From positions 1 through 56,039 of the forward strand of contig DATHCH010000303.1 of NCBI GenBank assembly GCA_035319625.1: a stretch of 56,039 nucleotides of DNA, written 5' to 3'. The position numbers and the translations under genes are program-made. This document shows positions 38,454 to 46,508 of this stretch, piece by piece; positions within the stretch are counted from its first letter, which is position 1, and the number at the start of each line of letters is the position of its first letter. The notes under the pieces are model-generated. The model saw only the letters and a list, made by a program, of their open reading frames with translations. It did no database searches and was not told the DNA's origin. The stretch comes from Thermodesulfobacteriota bacterium. Lineage in GTDB: Bacteria; Desulfobacterota; BSN033; UBA1163.

Positions 38454-39821
38454 ATGATGGAGAAGAAAGTCCTCGTCGTGGATGATGAGGAGAGCGTTGT
38501 TCAATCGATTGAGGGTGTTCTGGAGGACGAGGGGTTCCGAGTCGCCAAGGCAAAGAGCGGAGAAGACGCGATTAAGGTTTTCCAGGAGGAGGAACCAGAC
38601 GTTACCCTCCTCGATATCTGGTTGCCGGGGATGGATGGCATAGAGGTGTTGAAACGATTCAAATGGATAGCCCCGGAGTGCCAAGTGATCATGATCTCCG
38701 GTCATGCAACGATCTCAACGGCCATGACCGCCGTGAAATTAGGCGCTTTTGATTTTATTGAAAAGCCTCTTTCTCTTGATGTTCTTCTTATGACGATTTA
38801 TCGAGCCCTCGACCATCAGAAAGAGTTGGCCGTGCAGAGATCGGGAGAAATTGTCACAGAGGAATCCTTCCAGGGCAAGAAGATCTTTCCAAAGGAGGTG
38901 GCCGGAGAACTCCTCGGTCCCCCTCCTGATCCCATCCGGGAGGCTATCCCCTTGGCCATGAAGGATTCAAAGAGAAAGGGGATTTCTTTATTACCTCAGC
39001 GTACCCTGAAACAGAGCATGGTGCTTTACGGGACAGGGCTTTTTTCTGGAAAGAAGACAGGGCTTCTCCTCCAACCCCTACCCCCCCATAGCGGCATCCT
39101 TTTTGGAAATGTCTCGTCGGACGAAGTGGTGCCCGCCCATGTCGATTATGTCGAGACGACGGAATTCGCCACTTCTCTGAAGAAGGGGAGAGCCATTGCC
39201 AGGACGGTCGAGCACCTCATGGCCGTGTTACACGCCTATCGTATCACCAACTTAATGGTAAAAATGATTGAAGAGATTCCGGTGATGGACGGTTCTGCTT
39301 TGGAGTTTTGTAAGATTGTGGAAGAGGCGGGCGTGGAGGAACAGGAGGAGAAGGTGGACGAATTGGTCATCGATCGAAGGCTGGAGACCGTCCACAAAAA
39401 TAAATCCCTGATCGTCGAGCCTGCCGACATCTTCTCTGTCCACTTCTTTTTGGACTATCCTCCTCCCATCGGGCAGCAGACGTTGGACTTTGTCTTAGAG
39501 GACGAGTCGGCCTTTAGGGATCAGATCGCTCCGGCGAGAACCTTCGGCTTTGTTAAAGATGCGGAGATGCTTGGACGGATGGGAAGATTGGGGGGTGGGC
39601 GACTCCATAACTTTATCCTGGTTGACGAGGAGAAGATCGTCAACACCGAGCTCCGGTTTCCCGACGAATTTGTACGGCATAAGATTCTTGACCTGATCGG
39701 CGATTTCTATCTCCTCAACCGTCCGATTCGAGGAAGAGTGACCGCCCATTTGACCGGCCACACGGAAAATATCACTCTCATGAAGAAGATTCAGGAAGCG
39801 GCAAGAGAAGAGGAGCGATAA
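38454..39821 (+). CDS. lpxC: response-regulator receiver domain fused to UDP-3-O-acyl-GlcNAc deacetylase (REC-LpxC)
   Basis: REC: VVDDEE, phospho-acceptor LLDIWLPGMDG, MISGH, FDFIEKP. A ~70-aa linker follows. LpxC: TVEHLMAVL, HKILDLIGD and TGHTEN, so the Zn ligands and catalytic His are conserved. Confidence 0.88.
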   Translation: MMEKKVLVVDDEESVVQSIEGVLEDEGFRVAKAKSGEDAIKVFQEEEPDVTLLDIWLPGMDGIEVLKRFKWIAPECQVIMISGHATISTAMTAVKLGAFDFIEKPLSLDVLLMTIYRALDHQKELAVQRSGEIVTEESFQGKKIFPKEVAGELLGPPPDPIREAIPLAMKDSKRKGISLLPQRTLKQSMVLYGTGLFSGKKTGLLLQPLPPHSGILFGNVSSDEVVPAHVDYVETTEFATSLKKGRAIARTVEHLMAVLHAYRITNLMVKMIEEIPVMDGSALEFCKIVEEAGVEEQEEKVDELVIDRRLETVHKNKSLIVEPADIFSVHFFLDYPPPIGQQTLDFVLEDESAFRDQIAPARTFGFVKDAEMLGRMGRLGGGRLHNFILVDEEKIVNTELRFPDEFVRHKILDLIGDFYLLNRPIRGRVTAHLTGHTENITLMKKIQEAAREEER

Positions 39822-39936
39822 GGGATCGCACTCGATATTCTAACGGCGATAGCTTTTGTCAATGTCCCGAAGCGGAGTGGCGAAATGATCAATGGTGTTT
39901 TTATGCGACGCTGAGGCCTACCCTTTGGAGGGAAAA

Positions 39937-40302
39937 ATGGCACAGGAAGAATACCGACCCCCGATCAAAGAATTTTTGGATATGCTGGCTGACCTGTTGG
40001 CAGAGAAGTATTTTGAACGGATGGACGACCGGATGAAGAAGATTCCCGAACTCCGGAGATTGATTACTGCCAAAGAGGCGAGCCAGTACTTGAGCCTCTC
40101 GACAGACACGGTCTACCGAATGGCCTCCCTGAAAAAACTCCCCTACCTCAAAATTGGGGACCGGGTTCTTTTCGATGTGAAAGCCCTCGACCACTGGATT
40201 GAGAGAAATATGATCCGCGAGAAAGGGTGGAAGAGGGAAGAATTGAAGCCGTCGAAAGAATCTGACCTCCCCGGTCTGCTGAAGAAAAAGGGAAAAGACT
40301 AA
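39937..40302 (+). CDS. helix-turn-helix (excisionase/MerR-type) DNA-binding protein
   Basis: LITAKEASQYLSLSTDTVYRMASLKKLPYLKIGDRVLFDVKALDHWI. GGAGGG SD. Confidence 0.7.
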   Translation: MAQEEYRPPIKEFLDMLADLLAEKYFERMDDRMKKIPELRRLITAKEASQYLSLSTDTVYRMASLKKLPYLKIGDRVLFDVKALDHWIERNMIREKGWKREELKPSKESDLPGLLKKKGKD

Positions 40303-40340
40303 CCCCCCTTCTTCCCCCCTTAATTTAAGGGGGAATTTTT
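40300..40340 (+). terminator. GC-rich palindrome family member acting as an intrinsic terminator; first 3 nt are the stop codon
   Basis: TAACCCCCCTTCTTCCCCCCTTAATTTAAGGGGGAATTTTTAT. Confidence 0.55.
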
Positions 40341-40400
40341 ATCAATGCATCACCTCTTGATGAAGGGTCATTGAAGCGCGTAAACAAGGGAGTGAGAAAG

Positions 40401-41616
40401 ATGGTGGATTATTTTCAAGTGGAAGGATTGCTGAATGAAGAAGAGAAAAGGTTCAGGGACAAGGTCCGAAGATTCGTGGATGAAGAATGCATGCCCCTTA
40501 TTGCCACCCATTTCGATAATGGAACCTTTCCCATGGAACTCATTCCCAGAATGGCGGAGATGGGACTTTTCGGCCTCCATGTGGATGGCTACGGATGTAC
40601 CAGATCAAACCATACGATTTATGGCTTGATCTGCCAGGAGCTGGGCCGGTGTGATAGTGGTCTCAGGGCCATGTTTTCAGTTCAAAATTCCTTGGTGATG
40701 TATCCCATCTATGCCTTTGGATCCGAAGAGCAGAAATCAAGGTGGCTTCCCAGGATGGCACGAGGTCAGGCCATCGGCTGTTTCGGTCTCTCCGAACCCG
40801 ATTTCGGATCGAATCCTTCTGGAATGGAGACGCGAGCCGTAAAGCAAGGAGACCATTACCTCCTCAATGGAACCAAGATGTGGATTACCAATGGGTCCGT
40901 TGCGAGTGTGGCACTGATTTGGGCGAAAATAGATGACGAAATCCGGGGGGTCCTGGTAGAAGCTGGGACTCCGGGATTTCAAGCTCCCCTGATCCAGAGG
41001 AAGTTCTCTTACCGAACCTCTCCCACTTCCGCCCTGATGTTCAAGGACTGCAAGATTCCCGAAAAAAACCTTCTCCCGGGAGCCAAGGGCTTGAAATCGG
41101 TTTTGAGCTGCCTGAACTATGCCCGGTACGGGGTCGCTTGCGGCGCCTTAGGCTCCGCCATTGCCTGCTACGAAGCCGCTGAGGCCTTTGCCCGCCAAAG
41201 GAGGGTCTTTGAAAAACCCGTCGCCTCTTAATCAGCTTGTCCAGGAAAAGCTGGTGAGGATGGTATTGGAAATTACGAAGGCGCAGTTGCTCACCTTTCA
41301 TCTAAGCAGATTACTGGATCGGCATCAAGCGAGACCTCCCCAGATCTCGATGGCCAAGCTGAACAATGTTCGGGAAGGGATGAAGGTCGCTCGTGCGGCC
41401 AGAGACATCCTCGGGGGCCGGGGGATTCTGGCCGATCACCATGTCATCCGCCATCTCTGTGATCTCGAGGCCGTGAGCACGCTGGAGGGAACGGAGAGTA
41501 TTCATACGCTGATCACCGGACAGGACCTGACCGGAATTTCAGCCTTCTATTTAGGATTTTTTCGGCATGTGTCGCCATCCCAGCTTCTCTCTGTTCTTCT
41601 CTCTGTTTTTTCTTGA
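40401..41616 (+). pseudogene. glutaryl-CoA dehydrogenase-like acyl-CoA dehydrogenase with a single +1 frameshift
   Basis: Two track ORFs (40371-41231, 41161-41616) join as ...RQRRVFEKPVAS | NQLVQEKLVRMVLEI... An extra T lies in the TCTTAA run near 41227. GCFGLSEPDFGSNP and VIRHLCDLEAVSTLEGT motifs are intact. Confidence 0.8.
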
Positions 41617-41667
41617 CACAGGGGGAAAGTAAATTTAAAATAGAATAAAAAGAAGGAGGTGAGGCCA

Positions 41668-41730
41668 ATGAGATGGATGTTTCCCCATGCAACCCATTGC
41701 TCGACCTGCGGTTCGTTGCGTTGGTCCTGA
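41668..41730 (+). CDS. candidate 20-aa peptide MRWMFPHATHCSTCGSLRWS
   Basis: Perfect AAGGAGGTGA SD with 7-nt spacing. A strong intrinsic terminator lies ~50 nt downstream. Below the track cutoff. Confidence 0.3.
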   Translation: MRWMFPHATHCSTCGSLRWS

Positions 41731-41778
41731 GCAGGACGTTAAACGGCTCAACAGAAAGCAAAAGAATAGATGAAAAAT

Positions 41779-41815
41779 TAAAAGGCCGGCAGGGATGCCG
41801 GCCTTTTTGTTTTGT
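41779..41815 (+). terminator. rho-independent terminator
   Basis: AAAAGGCCGGC-agggat-GCCGGCCTTTTTGTTTTG. The upstream A-run makes it potentially bidirectional. Confidence 0.8.
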
Positions 41816-41911
41816 GTTGCCAGGATACTTCCGTCCGCCTTGACTTCGCTTTGCATATCTTATAAACTCCTGCACAAATCGACGCTTGGTATCATCCTCT
41901 TGTCAGGCTCA

Positions 41912-41944
41912 CCCCTGCCTTTCTCCAGTGGGGAGAGGGGAAAG
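41912..41944. repeat. GC-rich palindrome family member
   Basis: CCCCTGCCTTTCTCC-agt-GGGGAGAGGGGAAAG, followed by a nested GTCGCC..GGCGAC hairpin. Confidence 0.45.
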
Positions 41945-42022
41945 TCGCCGACGCGCCATAGCGCTTTGGCGACGGCGTGGTGAGAGGGCGAGATGAACAG
42001 AAGTGAGAGGAGGTAAACAGCT

Positions 42023-42610
42023 ATGCCAGAAGTGGAACTTCCGAATGCAGAAGAGCTTGAGGAAATCAAAAGTAAGGCTTTTACGAAGCGTGTGGCACTC
42101 ACCACAGCGATCTTTGCGGTCGTACTGGCGATCACCTCGCTGGGCGGAAATCATGCGATGAAGGAAATGCTCCTTGCCCAGCAGCAGTCCTCTGACCAAT
42201 GGTCTTTCTACCAGGCCAAGGTCTTACGTGAGCATCTTTACCGGAACCAAAAGTTACGCCTGGAGATAGACCTGATCGAACGAGGAAGCGGGATGAAGGC
42301 AGAAGTGAAAGACCGGGTTGAGGGGTTGCTTAAGAAGACGGCTGAAGAGGAAGCGCGGTACAATACCGAGAAGAAAGAGATCGAGAAAGAGGCAAGGGAA
42401 CTCGAACACGAAAGGGATGTGAATCGGAATAAAGATCCTTACTTCGACTACGGAGAGGTTCTACTTCAGATTGCCATTGTCATGGCCTCTATTTCCATTC
42501 TTTCAGGATCCAGGCCAGTCTATTATTTTGCCATTATCAGTGCCTGCTTGGGGGCCCTTTCATCACTGAACGGCTTCCTTATGATCTTTCGAATCCCTTT
42601 CCTCCATTAA
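42023..42610 (+). CDS. DUF4337-like membrane protein
   Basis: 195 aa. N-terminal TM, SSDQWSFYQAKVLRE motif, coiled coil, C-terminal TM pair. Confidence 0.7.
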   Translation: MPEVELPNAEELEEIKSKAFTKRVALTTAIFAVVLAITSLGGNHAMKEMLLAQQQSSDQWSFYQAKVLREHLYRNQKLRLEIDLIERGSGMKAEVKDRVEGLLKKTAEEEARYNTEKKEIEKEARELEHERDVNRNKDPYFDYGEVLLQIAIVMASISILSGSRPVYYFAIISACLGALSSLNGFLMIFRIPFLH

Positions 42611-42753
42611 GAACACGGGACGGGAGGAGCACGTCTTCGAGGGGGTTATTATTTTAGGAGGGACTTCTCGGAGGGACGATTCTCGTAGGATATCTAAATT
42701 TTGCCAAACCACCTCCTCCCGTCTCTTCCTAAGGGGCTGTGTTGTAACCGCAG

Positions 42754-42930
42754 CTACTTTCTCCGGGTGCGGCCATTGACTCCGGCTCGCCCCGTGGGAG
42801 ATTCCCGATTTTCCAAAATCACCGGATCGATGATCTCTCCGCAAAAAATGCATCTCCACCCCCAAAAATGTTCGTGGGGGCCATAGAATTTTTCGTAAAC
42901 CATATGGTTTCTACAGCGATGGCATTTCAT
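42754..42930 (-). CDS. 58-aa zinc-ribbon protein
   Basis: MKCHRCRNHMVYEKFYGPHEHFWGWRCIFCGEIIDPVILENR... (CxxC...CxxC), with a GGAGG SD. Below the track cutoff. The listed 42563-42865 ORF is in a different frame. Confidence 0.5.
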   Translation of the reverse strand: MKCHRCRNHMVYEKFYGPHEHFWGWRCIFCGEIIDPVILENRESPTGRAGVNGRTRRK

Positions 42931-43144
42931 GGGAACCTCCTGTTTCCTTTAAATCTCTTCGGCATCTTGGGAAAGGGCACTTGCCGGTCAACCCGTGATT
43001 GAGGGGAATAATTGTTTTCTGTTCGGGGACTCGTGACAAAGCATAAAGCTTTTCTTAAATGCCTCGTTAAAAAACTCCCCTTTCATGAGATCCTCAAAAC
43101 GGTCGCCAAGGTGATGCTTGGTCGAGGTCTTTTTTGCTATCTGC

Positions 43145-43906
43145 TTAGTGATCGGACAGGAACCCTGGAGCATTTAGCCACCCCCTTTCACTTGGCCTGT
43201 CATTGGCCAATCTTGTTTGTCGTTCATCCAACCCACCGCGGGTGTAGTGTATTTCCAGCCCATAGGCGCTTGCGTGATTCTTTGCAATGTTAAACAGCGC
43301 GTCGTAAGCTTCCGGAGGAGCCCAGTCACGGTGCAAGGCGAAGAGCATCTGGAGCCACGTCATCGGCACTGCCCCTCGCCGGCAGAGGCGCTGGGTAGCG
43401 ATGGCGTGAGCTCTTGGGGTCACATCTCCGCAGGCGTCCACGATCATGAAAACTTCATAACCTAATTGTCTTGCCTGCTGAACGGAAGCCGCGACACCGA
43501 AGTCCGTCCACAATCCGGCGATGACAAGCTTGTTTCGTCCTATCTTCTCCAAGGCGGTGAGAACCCTCGTATCTTCAAAAACGCTCAGGGTAGTTCGGTC
43601 GATGGGTTCGTGGTCGGGGAAGATTTTTTGAAGTCCTGAAACGACAGGGCCGCCAAAGTTTGATTGTCCGATGGTCGTCAGAAGAGTGGGAATGCTGAAC
43701 GTCTTGGCGATCTTTGCAAGGCTGATTCCATTATGGATAAGGATATCTGCGTCGGCCGAGTTGATGCTTAGGGCAAACTGCGGTTGATAATCCATCAGGA
43801 TGACCGCACAGTTCGTCGGGGTCAGCCGACCATGAATGGATTGCAAGATCATATGGTTTATCAAAATCTCCTTTGCTGCTTCAATCTGAGAAGCCGGATT
43901 TGCCAT
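43145..43906 (-). CDS. isochorismatase-family cysteine hydrolase
   Basis: CAVILMDYQ..., KLVIAGLWTDFGV, MIVDACGD motifs. Confidence 0.85.
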   Translation of the reverse strand: MANPASQIEAAKEILINHMILQSIHGRLTPTNCAVILMDYQPQFALSINSADADILIHNGISLAKIAKTFSIPTLLTTIGQSNFGGPVVSGLQKIFPDHEPIDRTTLSVFEDTRVLTALEKIGRNKLVIAGLWTDFGVAASVQQARQLGYEVFMIVDACGDVTPRAHAIATQRLCRRGAVPMTWLQMLFALHRDWAPPEAYDALFNIAKNHASAYGLEIHYTRGGLDERQTRLANDRPSERGWLNAPGFLSDH

Positions 43907-43961
43907 TTCATTATCTGAATTTTGATCCTTGTCATCATTGTTGAGATTCCCTCATCATCAT

Positions 43962-44285
43962 TCAGCGATCCTTCAGCTCCGGGGACAATTCTTCCAAATA
44001 GTGTTCCGTCATTTCGGTGAGGCGCGTGGCGTTCGAGAGGACCTCCCTTATCTTGTCAGCCGCCTCCTCATCCATTTTCCCGTAATAGCCCCGATTCAGC
44101 AGCTTGAGGGTTGACACCATGGACATGAGGGGTCCTCGGATATCATGCGACATAATCTTCAGCAGGCTCACCATGTTCTCGTCTACCCCGGATTTCAACG
44201 CTCCGGTTGTCGAATCCGGGCAACCGCCCATCTCCCGGAGGCTTTGCGGATCGCCTTGCGCTGTCAAGATCTTGTAGTCTCTCAT
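43962..44285 (-). CDS. stand-alone HisKA (DHp) fragment with no ATPase domain
   Basis: H-box MSHDIRGPLMSM. The ORF ends shortly after the second DHp helix. Either a truncated kinase or a phosphotransfer protein. Confidence 0.55.
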   Translation of the reverse strand: MRDYKILTAQGDPQSLREMGGCPDSTTGALKSGVDENMVSLLKIMSHDIRGPLMSMVSTLKLLNRGYYGKMDEEAADKIREVLSNATRLTEMTEHYLEELSPELKDR

Positions 44286-44435
44286 CCGTTTGCCTCATCA
44301 TGCGAAAGGGCTTAAAAGCATTGTGATGGAAAACCGTGTAGAAAGTGAATCAGGTCAACCCCTTATTCTGTGCGGAAAAGCACAGTATTTCCTTTCCGAA
44401 ATTCCCCAGACCTCGTGCGGTATAGGGGACAGACT

Positions 44436-44807
44436 TCATCGGCCCGCCAGAATAGACTCCACTAATGCCAGGATACCCTCTTTGCTCGAAGAACCCTTTG
44501 AGAGAAAATGGTCCGCTTTGACTTGGGCCGCCGCCTCTCTGTATTCCGGGGTGTCGTAGCTCGTCAGAATGATGACGGTCACGTCAGGATACTTGGCTTT
44601 GATCTTTCCGGTCAGCTCGAGACCGTTTTTTCCCGGCAATTTGATGTCCATGAAGATGAGGTCAGGTGGGTGGGCACTGATTTGTTGCATGGCTTCTTCC
44701 CCACTTTCCGCCTCGATAATTTCCATGGACGGGAACCGAGAGCGCAGAGTGTCTTTAAGCAACTTTCGGTAAAGGGCGCTATCTTCGACGATTAAAGTCT
44801 TGGGCAC
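44436..44807 (-). CDS. single-domain CheY-like response regulator
   Basis: IVEDS..., DLIFMDIKLPGKNG, ILTSY, K in FLSKG. Confidence 0.88.
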   Translation of the reverse strand: MPKTLIVEDSALYRKLLKDTLRSRFPSMEIIEAESGEEAMQQISAHPPDLIFMDIKLPGKNGLELTGKIKAKYPDVTVIILTSYDTPEYREAAAQVKADHFLSKGSSSKEGILALVESILAGR

Positions 44808-44911
44808 GAAAGTTTATCCCCCCTGAGTAAATTTCTGATTGATCCTATCCATTATCTCGCACCGTGATTTCCGGTCGGTGCCGGATTGGCCGGAATGTCA
44901 TGGCCGGTCTT

Positions 44912-45307
44912 TCAATGGGCTCCCCTGCTATTTGAGTTATCCTTCCCCGTATCGTGATTCGTTAAAATGGAACCGATGATACTGAGGAAGGAGTCCTTCG
45001 AAACGAAATGGTCCGCCCCGGAGTGGTAGGCAGCCTCTCGATATTCCGGTAAATCATAATTGGTCAGAATAACGATTATGATGTTGGGATATTGGGCTTT
45101 TATTTTTTTTGTGAGCTCCAGGCCGTTTTCCCCGGGCAATCTGAGGTCCATGAGGATGGCCTCGGGTGAAAACGTCTTGATTTTCTGCATCGCCTCCTCT
45201 CCGTTGGCCGCTTCAAGCATATCTATCGAGGGAAACCGCAGATGCATGGTCTCTTTGAGAAATTGCAGGAAAAAGGCATTATCCTCAACAATGAGTATGC
45301 GTTTCAT
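44912..45307 (-). CDS. single-domain CheY-like response regulator (paralog of 44436-44807)
   Basis: MKRILIVEDNAFF..., AILMDLRLPGENG, ILTNY. The track's N-terminal extension translates the GC-rich palindrome. Confidence 0.85.
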   Translation of the reverse strand: MKRILIVEDNAFFLQFLKETMHLRFPSIDMLEAANGEEAMQKIKTFSPEAILMDLRLPGENGLELTKKIKAQYPNIIIVILTNYDLPEYREAAYHSGADHFVSKDSFLSIIGSILTNHDTGKDNSNSRGAH

Positions 45308-45334
45308 ATCCGTTCTCAACATCTTACCAATATA

Positions 45335-45383
45335 TCCCTCACCCTCCCTTCTCCCCGAAGGGGCGAGGGATAGGGTGAAGGGG
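45335..45383. repeat. GC-rich nested palindrome family member
   Basis: TCCCTCACCCTCCCTTCTCCCCGAAGGGGCGAGGGATAGGGTGAAGGGG. Confidence 0.55.
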
Positions 45384-45570
45384 TCATTTCTGATTGCCAC
45401 GAAAAAGCAGACCCCTGCTGATTATCCCCCACTTTACTAATTTCTATAAACGTGGTAAATAAGGTATACACTGTAGTTGGAGGAAGGTTATACAGTATTT
45501 TTGGGGGGCAAAACTAAGTAAGAAGGGCATCTGCGGATAGGTGGGTACAGGGAGAGGGGGAATCTGACTC

Positions 45571-46230
45571 ATGAGCGAAAAAGTTCGAATCGTTATTGCC
45601 GAAGACCATACCATCCTCAGGGAGGGGTTGCGATCACTCCTCTCTTCAAGTCCAAATTTCGAGATCATAGGGGAGGCGGGGGATGGCCGAGAGGCCATCC
45701 GGCAAGTTAGAAAGTTCAAACCCGAGCTCATCCTGACTGACCTCTCCATGCCGAGGATGAACGGTATGGAGGCCATTAAGGAGATCAAGAGGGAGTCACC
45801 CGCGACCAAGATCTTGGTCTTGACGGTTCACAGGGCTGAGGAATACATCCTTGCCACCTTCCGGGCCGGAGCCGACGGATATCTCCTAAAGGATTCCACG
45901 CACTCCGAGTTACTCATGGCCGTCAAGAAAGTTTTAAGCGGCACGCATTATATCAGTCCTGAGATCTCAGAGAAGGTGATTGAAGGCTACATCGAAGGGA
46001 AAAAGAGTCTGAAATCCCGTACGTCCTGGGAAACCCTCACCCAACGGGAGCGAGAGATCCTGAAGCTGATTGCCGAGGGATACAGGAACAAAGAGATTGC
46101 CGAGGATCTTTGTATCAGTGTCAAAACCGTTGAAAAACACCGGGCCAACCTGATGGAAAAGTTGGATCTCCACAGCATTCAGGCCCTGACCACCTTTGCC
46201 ATCGAGAAAGGACTGGTGTCGCGCGAATAA
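45571..46230 (+). CDS. NarL/FixJ-family response regulator (REC + LuxR HTH)
   Basis: LILTDLSMPRMNG; HTH LTQREREILKLIAEGYRNKEIAEDLCISVKTVEKHR. Confidence 0.92.
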   Translation: MSEKVRIVIAEDHTILREGLRSLLSSSPNFEIIGEAGDGREAIRQVRKFKPELILTDLSMPRMNGMEAIKEIKRESPATKILVLTVHRAEEYILATFRAGADGYLLKDSTHSELLMAVKKVLSGTHYISPEISEKVIEGYIEGKKSLKSRTSWETLTQREREILKLIAEGYRNKEIAEDLCISVKTVEKHRANLMEKLDLHSIQALTTFAIEKGLVSRE

Positions 46231-46240
46231 CTAATGACGC

Positions 46241-46505
46241 GGAGACGCAGGGACGCGGAGATACGGTGAAGGCAGATGCACAAAATGGTCATTCGCTACG
46301 CGACCTAATTCTCCATTGTTCCGGGCATACCATCATCTGATCAGTCAGGGAATATTTTTCTTCCGTTGGGAAGAGTTTGCTAACTTCAAAAGTCCTCATG
46401 GCTAATTCCATCCCCAGTTTATAAACATCCAGTTCACGAAAATGCCGAATATTCGTTTTCCTATTCTCCATACATTCTCTCCCTCTTCGTGTCCCCGCGT
46501 CTTTC
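46241..46505. repeat. word-repeat hairpin (GACGCGGAGAC / GTCCCCGCGTC) whose loop holds the four-helix-bundle ORF remnant
   Basis: Left arm GACGCGGAGACGCAGGGACGCGGAGATACGG (46241-46271); right arm CGTGTCCCCGCGTCTTTC (46488-46505). Confidence 0.6.
46289..46471 (-). pseudogene. four-helix-bundle protein (23S rRNA IVS protein family), N-terminal fragment
   Basis: IRHFRELDVYKLGMELAMRTFEVSKLFPTEEKYSLTDQM matches the family N-terminus. It then diverges and stops at 60 aa; family members are ~120 aa. Confidence 0.6.
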
Positions 46506-46508
46506 TAT

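Noticed and set aside
42988-43173. A 61-aa minus-strand ORF overlapping the isochorismatase 3' end as a small gene.
   Set aside because: There is no SD, it overlaps the upstream stop by 29 nt, and it has no recognisable motif. Evidence is insufficient.
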